A stretch of 64,000 bases of DNA. Source: Mobula hypostoma (taxonomy: Eukaryota). Below are positions 48,306 to 60,155 of the stretch, piece by piece. A program made the position numbers and the translations under genes. The notes beneath the pieces were generated by a model. It was not told the DNA's origin. It searched no databases and was given only the letters and a program-made list of their open reading frames with translations. The DNA is taken from positions 234,424,001-234,488,000 of the forward strand of contig NC_086097.1 of the NCBI RefSeq assembly GCF_963921235.1, in the 5' to 3' direction. Each line of letters starts with the position of its first letter. Within the stretch, counting starts at the first letter, position 1.

Positions 48306-49080
48306 TGCACCCGATCCGAGACATCGCGTACCCTGGCACCTCGAGGCAACAGACCATGCAGGTATCCATAGTGAGGGGAACAGACTGAACCTCCTGTCTG
48401 TTCCCCTCACTATGGAGTCCCCTATGACTACTGCATTCCTCACCTTCCTCTTTCCCTTCCGCACGACGGAACCAGGCTCAGTGCCAGAGACCTGATCGCC
48501 GTGGTCGTCCTCCGTCAGGTCATCCCCCTCAACAGCATCCAAAACGAGATAACGCTTACCGAGGGGGATGACCACAGAGGTGCTCTCTACAATCTGAGCT
48601 CTTCCCATCCCTTCCCTGACAGTCACCCACTTATCCAACTCCTGCACCCTCGGTGTAACTAACTCCCTTGTAGCTCCTATCTATCTCCTGCTCGCTTTCG
48701 CTAATAAGCTGTAAGTCATCAAGCCACAGCTCCAGATCCCTAACACAGTCTCTCAGGAGCTGCATCTCTGTGCACCTGATGCAGATGTGGCCATCTGGGA
48801 GACTGGAAGATTCCCAGGATTCCCACACCCTGACACCCAGAGCAAAGTACTAACCCTCCAGATATGCTCTTGAAAAAAAGGAAAGAAAAAAATGAGGTCC
48901 ACTTACCCACTTAACTCGCAGAAGCCCGAATGAGCGAAAGCCCTACCACTCTGCCTCAGATCACTCCATCGATGACTGCTCCTTTGATGACCACTCTGCT
49001 AGGCAGTGTCTCCCTTTTATGCCTGAACCTTCACTGCCATCTAACTCACGATTGGTGCTCCGGTTATAGCTGCTGATAGG
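48306..49080 (-). mobile_element. Second CR1 LINE 5' end (5' UTR and ORF1), 3'-truncated
   Basis: MWESWESSSLPDGHICIRC...LELWLDDL; KWVTVR; AVVIGDSIVRGTDRRF; GARVRDVSDRV. Confidence 0.88.
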
Positions 49081-50059
49081 CCACGTAGAATGGACAAATC
49101 CAAACCACAATTTACAATCAAGTACTTATTTGTGATTTGAATGCCAGTTTTTATGCATTTTGAGCCGATACTGCTTTATTCTGTCTCACTCAGTAAATGC
49201 TTCTTTTAAAATTAATCATCAAAGACATAACGCTAAGTCCATTCAAGGACATGAACATAAATAAAATAAAATCTCATGACATACAGATTGTATTTTAATG
49301 TTGCACAGCAACATTTTGTGAACATCTACATCTTCTCATTTCTTGTTTAAATACTGCTTTCATTCAAGAAGGTAAAAAGACTTCCATGCAGCTGGCAAAA
49401 CCTCCAAACACTGTTAAGATTACTAGAAGAACAAAGACCATTTCTGGCCACAATAAATCAAATAATGAAAACACATTTATACCTTCTGTAAAACAAGAAG
49501 TTGTAATGTAGGAAGGGAGGCAGTGAACCCGCTGAGGGCAAGAGGATTGACAGCTTCAAGTTCCTAGGAGTGGATATCAGTAATAGACAGCCCTGACACC
49601 AAGGCCAAGAAATCTCACCAAAGTCCCTACTTCCTCAGGAGGTGAAAAAATATGCCCCCTTTGACCGTCACCAGTTTTGCTGATGCACCAAAGAAAGCAT
49701 CCTATCTAGATACATCACAGCTTGGTGTGGCAACTGTTCCGCCCATGACTGAAAGAAGCTGGACAATAGAGGACACAGCTCAGCAAATCACAGAAACCAG
49801 CCTGCCCTCCATTGCCTCAGTAAAGCAGCCAGCAAAACAAAGATTTCACCACTCTGGACATTCTTTCTTACAACACTCTCTCACCACCTGCCACTGGACA
49901 GGAAAGAGGTGTTGGAGCCGGTGCGCTCCACCAGGGGCAGTCTGGAGAGGTGTCCAGGCTGGAGTTGGTGCCCCACTGTTCACTCGGCAGAACACATGCT
50001 CTGCTGGGGCTGGCTGCAGACTTCTGCACCATTGATGGAAACTTTTTATCATGTGATCC

Positions 50060-50325
50060 AGCTGGCACCCGTTTCTTTTCTCTTCCCAGCCTCTCCCTCT
50101 CTAGCTGCCTTTCATCTATATACTCCTCCCACGGGTTACTCTTTCTTCCCTTTATCCCATGCCTCGCTATCGTCTCCTATAAAATTTGAATGAGTTCTGA
50201 GTAGTGGTCTCAACCCAGAACGTCAACTGTCCTTTTCCCTACACAGATGCTGCCTGATCCATTGAGTTCTTCAACCACTTTGTGTGTTGATCCAAGATGA
50301 CCCGTATCTGCTGTCTCTCTTTTGT
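50060..50325 (+). mobile_element. Old Penelope-type hammerhead-family element
   Basis: ggtctcaacccagaacgtcaactg...acagatgctgcctgatccattgagttc...tgtgtgttg. Confidence 0.6.
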
Positions 50326-52789
50326 TGCTATAATATCCCATCATTGTCAGTCTTTTATCACGTCGAATCTAGTTAAGTAGGAAAGGTAAGCAGCGTAAAT
50401 TCTCCGACTTTAATAATTCACTCTATTTTTGCCCATATTAGAAATGGCTATTTCTACCTGTTACTGTGTCTCAGTTGTTCTTATTCTATTTGTACACTCT
50501 GACTGTCAGGGTATGTCCTTCTATTTCACAACTAAAGACAAATCACCTAACAAAGAAGCATAATATTATTATAACTGACCACATTAACAGCATCGGTTGA
50601 CCATTCCTATCAGTGATATTTGGCCCATCTCTCCTCAACCTTCTCTGGTACCTAATACTAGTGCTTTTTTAAAATTTTGTTTCCCAGTTCTGCTGAATGG
50701 GTCCTGGCACAGATCTGGGCCGTACCCTCCAAATATCCAGACCTGCCTCTCGGTTTTTTTGCACTACCTTACTTCCCATTTTTCTATTTTCTATTTATGA
50801 TTTATAATTTAAATTTTTGATACTTACTAATTTTAACTATTTTTAATATTTAATATTTGTAATCCAGGGAGTGTGAAGCGCAGAATCAAATATCACTGTG
50901 ATGATTGTACATTCTAGTACCAATTGCTTGGCAACAATAAAGTATAAAGTATAAAGTATGAAGGCTTTTGGACCTGGAATGATAACTGTTTCACTTTCCC
51001 TGAAACACTAAATGCAACCAGCATTTCCTGCTTTTATTGCAGACCTGACAAGCTTGTTTATTTCTCCACAAACATTGTGTGTGATGAGTATTTTCAACAT
51101 TATCTGTTTTTTTATTACAGAAAAAAGAAAAAAATGTGTAAACTGATTTATTCAATATCGGAGAAGTTACAACTAGTACAGAATTATGGATAGAATCAGG
51201 TTATGTTGCCAAATGTTTATAAGTAGATCTGCTTGGATGTATTCCCAGAGGACTCTGCATTCATATTACTGATGATATAACATGATCAATAACTATCTCC
51301 ACAACAAATAGAAAATAAGTGTTTTTTTTCCTTACTTGGGCAATTGTTTTCCTTTCATTTGTGGAACTTTCACATCTATTAAATAAATATATACGAAACA
51401 ATGTCAAGAACAGTCTGTTCTTTTTTATTGTTGGCATAGGTGGCTCTCAGTAATACTCAGGAGAATAACTTTTGAAAACCCCGGGAGAATTCTAAGGGGT
51501 TCACAACCCCACATTCCAGCAGTCTTAAAATCAGGCACTGAATGTCATTCATGAAAAGGGTAAAATAAAGTTACACTTAGTTATATTGATTACTGTGAAA
51601 ATGAACACGTGAATCCCTCTGGTGTGAGAATGGTTCCTCATCAATATTCAATCCCACGATCATAGGTAGGGACACTTGGTACTTAGCACACACATCAACC
51701 ACCAAGCTAATAACATGTAAAATCGTGTCTATAAGGAAACAAAATTGGCCTAAACTTCAAAGTTAATGGTTGACTGACTATGCAGCCAAGATTCCTCAAT
51801 ACTTTACCTGAGTTTATCATCTGAAATCTGAATTGAAAATCCTACTTGGTTCCATTTTGTCTGCGTGATTTACATTCAACCGGCTCTACTTAAGGGTGGC
51901 ATGGCAGTGTAATGGTTAGCACAAAGCTTAACAGTATAAATATACTCAATGACTTGGCCTCCACAGCTGGCTGTGGCAATGAATTCCACAGATTTACCAC
52001 TCTCAGGCTAAATAAATTTCTCCTCATCTCCATTCTAAAAGGACATTCATATATACTGAGGCTGTGCCCTCTGGTTTTGGACTCCTCCACCACAGAAAAC
52101 ATATCTGTATGATCTAGCTGTACCAACACTTAGTATGGACTGAATTGTTTGCATTGATCTTAATTTAGGACAAAACTCTCATAGAAATAATCACACCGAG
52201 CATTGCAATTGTAGTCTTAATACACAATCAAAAAGAAAAGCATTTTGCTGTTCACTCCTTCTTCTTAAGAAGTTAAGGGTTGAGGGTGTTTTGCTTCTTT
52301 GGATTCAACTTGGTTAATGAGGTCATTCTGGAGCTTTCAGTCTCTATTATTCATGGGACTGGATTGTGCTGGATCCTGTAGTGTTTTGAATATTGTGGGT
52401 GATGATAATCACTGGAGATTTGCATGCTTCCGCCTTCCCTAGAAGACTTTGAGAACATTCCCTGCCCTCCTGACCTGCTGATTGTTATCAACATTTTTAT
52501 TTTTATTTCAGGATTCTAGCATTTATTTTGATCATTTCGATTTCACTTTTAAATCGAACAACTGCCTAATGTGTTTTTTGATCATCATAGTTACTGCTTC
52601 AACAGAGAAAATCTTCCTTGACACAAATGAACATCATTATTTCAAAACTAATCTCTGCTTACAAGTATCAATACACTCAGAAGTAGATAAAAGGCTAGTT
52701 TTGGCTTAAGTCATTGTTTCCAATATTGCCTCTATATATTCTGATTGCGGCTCCTTATTCTTTCACAAAGTCATAAACTTTAAGCATCT

Positions 52790-53095
52790 TAAGATGCTTT
52801 ATTTGTCACATGTGCATTGAAACATACAGCAAAATTTGTCGTCTGTGTCACGTCGAATGAAACTAGCGTCAAATCAGTGAGGTTTGAACTGATCAGCCCA
52901 CAAGTGTCGATATGCCAATAACTCACTAACCCTAACCATATATCTTTGGGATATAGGTGGAAACCAGACCAAGTGGAGGAAACCCACGAGGTTACGGGGA
53001 GATTGTACAAACTCCTAACAGACAGTGGCTGGAATCCAATCCCGCTCTTACTGCTAATGATGTATAGTGTTTCAATAACTGTTACGTTACCATGT
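52790..53095 (-). mobile_element. V-domain SINE
   Basis: ggaaaccagaccaagtggaggaaacccacgaggttacggggagattgtacaaactcctaacagacag is the reverse V-domain; tttatttgtcacatg tail. Confidence 0.7.
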
Positions 53096-53624
53096 CATCT
53101 CACCTGCTCATGACTTCTTCTGAGAATGTTGCATTACCACATGGAACTACATAAATGAAGCAAAATATGGCAGTGCAAATCATTAAATTGTCTAAACATT
53201 TATTGCCTGGATCGTAACAGCAAAGGAACTGAAGGCCGGAAGGTAAACATCACATGAACCTTTTATATGCTGAGCCAACTGACCAAAGTAGAAATCCTGT
53301 CTTCCATAGTTGAACATCACAGCACTGTTTGGTCAGAGTACTTACTTACTTGGGCTTTAGCTCCTAGTTGGAGCTTTGGCCCTCGATGACTTCCCGTATT
53401 GATTGTTCTCTGAAGTCGATGGTATGGTTGTAGTTCATCAGTGCTTCTGTGTCCACTGTACAAGGGATTGGTCAGTACAGCTTCACCAGAGCTCTGTTGG
53501 CCAGCCTTACCCATTTCCAACTCTCACAACAGGGACGTAGGTGTGGACTTTGAGAGGCATTTGGTCAGAGTGCCAAAATTACAGAGAAAAAGCTTTCCTC
53601 TTTTTTATGTTTTGTATCTTGTAG

Positions 53625-53930
53625 AAACCATAGAAACCATAGAAAAACTACAGCACAGAAACAGGCCTTTTGGCCCTCCTTAGCTGTGCCGAACCATTTT
53701 CTGCCTAGTCCCACTGACTTGCACATGGACCATATCCCTCCATACACCTCCCAACTATGTAACTGTCCAATTTATTCTTAAATGTTAAAAAAAACCCTGC
53801 ATTTACCACCTCCTCTGGCAGCTCATTCCATACTCCCACCACTCTCTGTGTGAAGACCCCCCCCCGCAATGTTCCCTTTAAACTTTTTCCCCTTCACCCT
53901 TAACCCATGTCCTCTGTTTTTTTTTCTCCA
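53625..53930 (-). mobile_element. CR1 3' end (same subfamily as 23653-23925)
   Basis: tagaaaccatagaaaccatagaaaa tail; cccaccactctctgtgtgaag. Confidence 0.88.
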
Positions 53931-54384
53931 ATTGTCTCAGTGTAATAGTCTTAGGTCACCTTTACCTTTCACACCTTGATCTCTATCCTGGGAGTTCATG
54001 CTTTGAACATCTTTCCTTTCCACTTCTTAAGAACAAACTGACCTTTCATCTCCCTTTTGTCTTATTATTCAATCGCAATGTACTTGTTGCGAGCATATTT
54101 GTGTGTTCATTGAAGTGTGTGGTTCTCAGATAATAGAAACAGATTGTTTGCATGTTCATTGTGGGAAAAACCTCTGATTTATTACGGAGTTTAATTGAAA
54201 CTGAGGTTTTGCACATCATTGCAAGCATGAAATTAAATACATCACTTATGAGCAACATACACCAACATGATGCAAGAGCTGAGCAAGTCAGGCAGCATCT
54301 GTGGTGGGGAGTGTATGTTGCTCAAGTTTTCCAGCACTGAAGAATCTTTTTCACTTATGATCTGTCTCTCCACTGTGAAGTCTT

Positions 54385-54910
54385 TTCATAGGCTGCATCA
54401 CTGTCTGGTATGGAGGGGCTACTGCACAGGACCGAAAGAAGCCGCAGAAGGTTGTAAATCTAGTCAGCTCCATCTTGGGCAATAGCCTACAGAGTAACCA
54501 GGACATCTTTAGGGAGCGTTGTCTCAGAAAGGCAGCGTCCATTATTAAGGACCTCCAGCACCCAGGGCATGCCCTTTACTCACTGTTACCATCAGGTAGG
54601 AGGTACAGAAGCCTGAAGGCACACACTCAGCCATTCAGGAACAGCTTCTTCCCCTCTGCCATCTGATTCCTGAATGGACTTTCAAGCTTTGGACACTACC
54701 TCACTTTTTTTTAACATACAGTATTTCTGTTTTTGCACTTTTAAAAAATCTATTCAATATACGTAATTGATTTATTTGTTTATTTATTATTATGTTTTAT
54801 TTATTATTATTTTTCTCTCTGCTAGATTATGTATTGCATTGAACTGCTGCTCCTAAGTTAACAAATTTCATGTCACATGCCGGTGACAATAAACCTGATT
54901 CGGATTCTGG
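54385..54910 (+). mobile_element. Rex1/Babar LINE 3' fragment
   Basis: QDIFRERCLRKAASIIKDLQHPGHALYSLLPSGRRYRSLKAHTQPFRNSFFPSAI. Confidence 0.88.
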
Positions 54911-55006
54911 TATGCCTATGCTGAAGAAGTTCAGATCTCTTCCCCTCCATAGGTGATGCCTGACTTATTGAGTTTCTCCAGCATTTTGTGTGTATTGCTT
55001 AAGATT

Positions 55007-55900
55007 TCAGAATCAGGTTTAATATCACCAGCATATGTCATGAAATTTGTTAACTTAGCAGCAGCAGTTCTATAATAATATAGAAAAAAATAAATCAAGT
55101 ATATGCAATAAGTGTGTGTGTGTATATATATAATGGTTAAATTAAAAATAGTGCAAAAACAGAAATAATATTTGGACAAAGTGAGGTAATGTTCATGGGT
55201 TCAATGTCCATTTAGGAATCGGTTGGCAGAGGGGAAGAAGTTATTCCTGAATCTCTGAATGTGTGCTTTCAGGCTTCTGTACCTTCTTCCTGATGACAAC
55301 AATAAGAAGATGGTATGTCCTGGGTAATGGGGGGCCCTTAATAACAGATGCCACCTTTCTGAGGTATTGCTCCTTGAAGATGTCTTTGATATTACAGAGG
55401 CTAACCAATGGAGCGAACTAATTTTATAACTTGCTTTAGCTTCTTCTGATCCTGCACAGTAGAACCACCCCCATCCCTCCCAATACCAGACAGTGATTCA
55501 ACCTGTCAGAATGGTTTTCATGTACATTAGCAGAAGTTCTTTAGAGTTTTAAGTGACAAATCAAATCTCCTCAAACTCCAAATGAAATATAGCTGTTGTC
55601 TTGATAATAGCTGCATCAATATGTTGGGACCAGGTGAGGTCCTCAGAGATACTGACACCCAGGAACTTGAAATTCCTCACTCACTCCACTTCTGATCCCT
55701 CTGTGAGAATTGGTTCATATTCCCTTGTTTTACCCTTTCTGAAGTCCACAATCAGCTCTTTGGTCTTACTGATGTTGAGTACAAGGTCGATTCTGTGACA
55801 CCACTCAGACAGCTGGTATATCACACTCTCATCTCCATCTGAGCTTCTGTGAACAATGGTTGAGCCATCAGCAAATTTAGAGATGGGATTTGAGCTATTT
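55007..55900 (-). mobile_element. Rex1/Babar LINE 3' fragment
   Basis: tcagaatcaggtttaatatcaccagcatatgtcatgaaatttgttaacttagc tail; reverse strand encodes NFKFLGVSISEDLTW and KTKELIVDFRK. Confidence 0.88.
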
Positions 55901-56277
55901 CAGCAACTGCAGAATCTCTTCTGGTTATGCTGATTCTCAAATGTGCAAAGAAAGGATTAAAAAGTTGGAACAGGATATTTTCATTTTTTTTGTATGGGAA
56001 AGCAATTGGCAAAATGTTTCAAAAAGAAAGATTTGTTATAATGAATGCAGGATTCAAGGGGCTTGCATTAGATTATAAGAAAAGTTCAAACGTTCAAAAT
56101 AAAGTACATATACTGCATGTCACCATATACAATGGTGTAATTCATTTTCTTGCATACAATCACAGTAAATACAAGAAACACAATAGAATCAATGAAGGAC
56201 CATACCCAACAGGGCAGACAACAGCTGATATTAAAAAAATCTCTGAAAACGCAAAAAGAAAAAGAAAAAAAAATTAA

Positions 56278-56870
56278 GAGAAACCAGAAGCCAGAAATAA
56301 TCCAACACATTATAAAAATTTGTGGCAGTTTAACTCAAACTGATTACTTACACAGACACAATCATTCACCAAAATCTGGCTTTAAAATGCAAACTCAAAA
56401 AATAAATCATACCTTGCTATAAATGCAAACCTGATCCAGGTTTAGAATCAGAGTCCCACAAATTATATTACGACTGATCCATTATTACAGATAGGGCAAT
56501 TCATATAACCATCCAGAGGTAATATTATAGGATAAACAGCGAGAACAACTTATTTAATAGATATAGCATAACCTACAAATATTAATAAGTGAAAAACTCC
56601 TGAACTATGCTGCATTAAAAGAGGAAATTGAAAGACTATGGAACATGAACAGGGTATACATTGCCCCAAGAGTAATATCTACAACTATCATTCCAACGTC
56701 ACCACACAATAGCAATAAACAACTAGGCCTACACTGCAATATTTATGCAAATCTCTAGAAAGTCACAATACTGAACACCACCAGAATAGCCTGAAAGTCC
56801 CTTGCAATTGAGAAATAAGCATGCCTTGCTATGCCCATACCTCAGCTCTTACCAGCTTGAGCTGAGGAAA
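56278..56870 (+). mobile_element. R4/Dong-clade non-LTR retrotransposon 3' fragment
   Basis: KPEIIQHIIKICGSLTQTDYLHRHN...ESESHKLYYD...TYLIDIA...YAALKEEIERLWNM; same 3' end (gctgaggaaaaaataaa) as 32866-33580. Confidence 0.82.
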
Positions 56871-56904
56871 AAATAAAAATATAATAAAAATATCAAATAT
56901 CTTA

Positions 56905-57552
56905 TAAGGAAGGATTGAGCAAGCTTTTCTCTTTGGAGCAAAGGAGGGTGGTAGAGACTTCACAGAGGGACCGGCTGGTAGTGCAATGACTCCGGAGAGA
57001 AGGATCCCGAGTTCGAATCCAAGTTGGGCTACTTCCAAGCACGCTTTCCATCTGTGCCAGGTTGAGCGTCGAGCTAGCTACCCGGCCTCATAAAAACAAA
57101 GGGTCGAGCCAGGAACGTTCATATCGTGACCCAGTTAATCCGAAAGGAGACCAGACCTGACACCACGGGACAGACAAGAATAGCTGACTGTCTGGTGTGA
57201 CACGCTAATAAAAACTTCACAGAGGTGTATAAGATTAAAAGGACAATAGATAGAGTGCAGTCAGTCTGTGTTTTTTTGTGTGGGGTATCAATGGCTAATA
57301 CCTGTGGACATCCTTTTGAAGCTTACAGGAGATGTCAGAGGTAGGGATTTTAGAGAGTGATAGGTTCATGGAGCTCGCTGCTGGGGTGGTGACTGATACT
57401 TCAGGGACATTTAAGAGACTCTTTGATAGGCACATGGATGACAGAAAATGTAAGATCCACAGTATGTTAGGAAGGAAGATTTATTATGAAGTGGGTTGAA
57501 AGGTCTGCACAACATTGTGAGCCAAAGGGTCTGTTCTGTACTGTGCTCTTCT
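56905..57552 (+). mobile_element. Old CR1 3' fragment interrupted by a SINE
   Basis: cttttctctttggagcaaaggagg...cacagaggtgtataagatt; gggacatttaagagactctttgataggcacatggat. Confidence 0.75.
56969..57213 (+). mobile_element. tRNA-derived SINE with 12-bp TSD
   Basis: B box GAGTTCGAATCC; A-rich end; acttcacagagg at 56957-56968 and 57214-57225. Confidence 0.85.
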
Positions 57553-57856
57553 AATAATAATCATAATAATAGGCATCCGTTAGTCTCATGAGACCATGGA
57601 TTTGTGCCTTGGAAGGTTTCCAGGGCGCAGGCCTGGGCAAGGTTGTATGAAAGACTGGCAAGTCTCCCCTCTCCACACCACCGATGTTGTCCAAGGGAAG
57701 GGCACTGGAGCCGATACAGCTTGGCACCGGTGTCGTCGCAGAGCAATATGTGCTTAAGTACCTTCCTCAAGGACACAACATGCTGCCTCAGCTGAGGTTC
57801 AAACTAATGACCTTCAGATCACTAGACCGACGCCCTAACCAATTGGCCACGTGCTA
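57553..57856 (-). mobile_element. tRNA-derived SINE with CORE-like motif (same family as 38568-38809)
   Basis: ggcatccgttagtctcatgagaccatggat shared tail; (AAT)n; cacgtggccaattggttagg head on minus. Confidence 0.82.
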
Positions 57857-58345
57857 ACATCTATGTTCCATGTTTTAAACTGTGTTGTATGCCCCTGCCT
57901 TTCTCCTGCAGCAAAGATATAATGAGCTAAATATCACTTGTCTCAATATAGAGTGAACAGAAGCTGACACTGAGGGCTAATGCTGGACACACTGGCTGAG
58001 TGGTGAAGCCTCTCTGAGCTGAGATGTTGGGCTCAGGGATACAACCCTGAGTGGTGCAGTGAGTGAAGTCCATTGCTGGAGGTTGGCAGCACCTATTTCA
58101 TGCACTGACAGACTGCCTGGATATGATGGGCTCTCTCTCCATTTTCTGTGGGAAGCAGCTCCTTCCCTTGTTTGCACGGCTCTCTCCAGCGCCGAAAAGT
58201 GTTTTATTGGGTAACAGGCGCAATCGCCAGCAGCGCACAACAAGCAGGAGGACAGGGTTGTACCTGAGTACCAAACACGGCAATGTGCAGTATGCAACCT
58301 GAGCTGATGCCTTCAGAGAGCTTAATACCAGAGAGTGGGGCCATT

Positions 58346-58555
58346 AGAGACTACAGATGCTGGAATGTGGAGCACTGAAGAACCCGAGCTACTGGAGGAT
58401 GTCAGGAAATCAGACATCTCTGGAGGGAAGTGGACAGCTTGATGATTCAGATCAAGACCCTCCACCTAACCTCAGAGGAAATGTCTCAACCCAAAACATC
58501 AACTGTCCATCTCCTCTATAAATGCTGCTTTAACCTTGAGTTCTATCAGCAGCGT
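58346..58555. mobile_element. Old head-to-head inverted pair of the Penelope-type hammerhead family
   Basis: actacagatgctggaat...ggacagcttgatgattcagatcaagaccct (minus), then tctcaacccaaaacatcaactgtcc...aatgctgc (plus). Confidence 0.55.
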
Positions 58556-59352
58556 AATTTTTTACTCATAGCAGAGAATCTAAAAGACTGAGCGCAATGC
58601 AATAAATCAGGATGGTGTAGTGCTTTTTTACCTCTGATTCTGTCTACCTTTTAAACTTAAACCAAAACTAAATTGCTCTGCACCTTACATCTACTGCCTT
58701 TGAGCTCATCTTTATGAGAACATTTATCCAGCTGTCAATTTATCTAATAGGAGAATCACAAGCCAAAACCTGCAGAAGACTATCGGTAAATGTATGCCAT
58801 TAAACAATGTCAACTTCAGTTTAAAAATTCTGTATCCAGGCTGTAATTGATTAATTACCATGAAAGAAACATGAAAAGATATAATATTTGTAAAGTCACT
58901 GAGATAAAGTACATGTAGAGGCCCAATTAACTTTCATAACTTGTAAGTATAAACTAGAATCATAACAATCTCGTATGTTGAAAGGAAATGTTGCAAAGGT
59001 ATAATTCATTACAGCGTTTCAGGTGACAGACACAAGATGCCATTTTCTTTGGTCATTATTTTATTACTGCTACTTGACAATAGTGCAGTTATGTGAAGGC
59101 TGTGTTCTGCCTATTTATGTAAGCATTTTATTTCTTCATATTGAATTTCCTTTGAGCTCTTGTCAACACCTCATTGTTCATGTGCATGCTGACCTGTCCT
59201 TCAAATCAGTTGATGGCCTTTCTATAGCTCTTTTCAAATTAAAAACAAAATTCTTATTACTTTTCACTTCATACTTAAGCTTTTTTTCCATTTATTGCCA
59301 TTTCCTGTTTTTGGATTTGACCTTTTTTCCCACACTTCCAAGTTACTCTCAC

Positions 59353-59506
59353 ATGTAAAAATGACAGAATTCTCAATTCCTGAGAACAGCTTCCAAAAGT
59401 GAGGGAACTGATACTATTTGTCCGGTGATCAAAAGAGCACCACATGCTATTTTCATATATCTGGTGAATAGAGAGATCTGCAGGATCCCCAGCAACTAAT
59501 TTTACC
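59353..59506 (-). CDS. Candidate internal coding exon of an unidentified host gene (154 bp, phase 2 to 0)
   Basis: Acceptor tctctcttcatttctcctttgttctttacAG, donor cat|GTgaga; open frame VKLVAGDPADLSIHQIYENSMWCSFDHRTNSISSLTFGSCSQELRILSFLH; non-repetitive context. Confidence 0.6.
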
Positions 59507-59934
59507 CTGTAAAGAACAAAAGGAGAAATGAAGAGAGAGCCGGGCAAAGGTTCTTATTCAGTTCAATTGGTGCATGCATCTCCCATTGTGTTTCTGAGTA
59601 CAGTATATTATGATAAGTATGACCTGAGGCCTATGTCTTGTTAGCTCATTTCTGTTGTGGTACCTGCAGGGCACTACAATTCTTTTTGGTCTCACTAGTT
59701 CAGAGGATACAAATCAACTCAGTTTCCCATTTCACTTTGCTTTGCTGTGAAGTTGACATATTAGTTCGGACACCCTCTTTTATCAAACCACCTGCAAGCT
59801 TTCCAATACCCTTCCTCACACACGAAGAGCTTGATGAAACACCAGACAGCCATTACTGCCTGTGCATCTCCAATCCAGCATGAATTAGACAATTAGAGAA
59901 AAGTCTTGCAAGGATGAACTTATCTTATTGAATG

Positions 59935-60119
59935 CAACGGTCGTGGAGGCGAATAGGGTCTTTTAAGAGACTTTTGGATAGGTACATGGAGCTTAGAAAA
60001 ATAGAGGTACTATGGGGCAGTCTAGCAATTTCTAAGGTAGGGACATGTTCAGCACAACTTTGTGGGCCGAAGGGTCTGTATTGTACTGTAGGTTTTCTAT
60101 GTTTTTCTATGTTTCTATG
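59935..60119 (+). mobile_element. CR1 3' end (subfamily of 29630-31330)
   Basis: IGSFKRLLDRYMELRKIE; tttctatgtttttctatgtttctatg tail. Confidence 0.85.
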
Positions 60120-60155
60120 CATTTTTTTCACGAACATAAAGAGTGTCGCTCGGTC

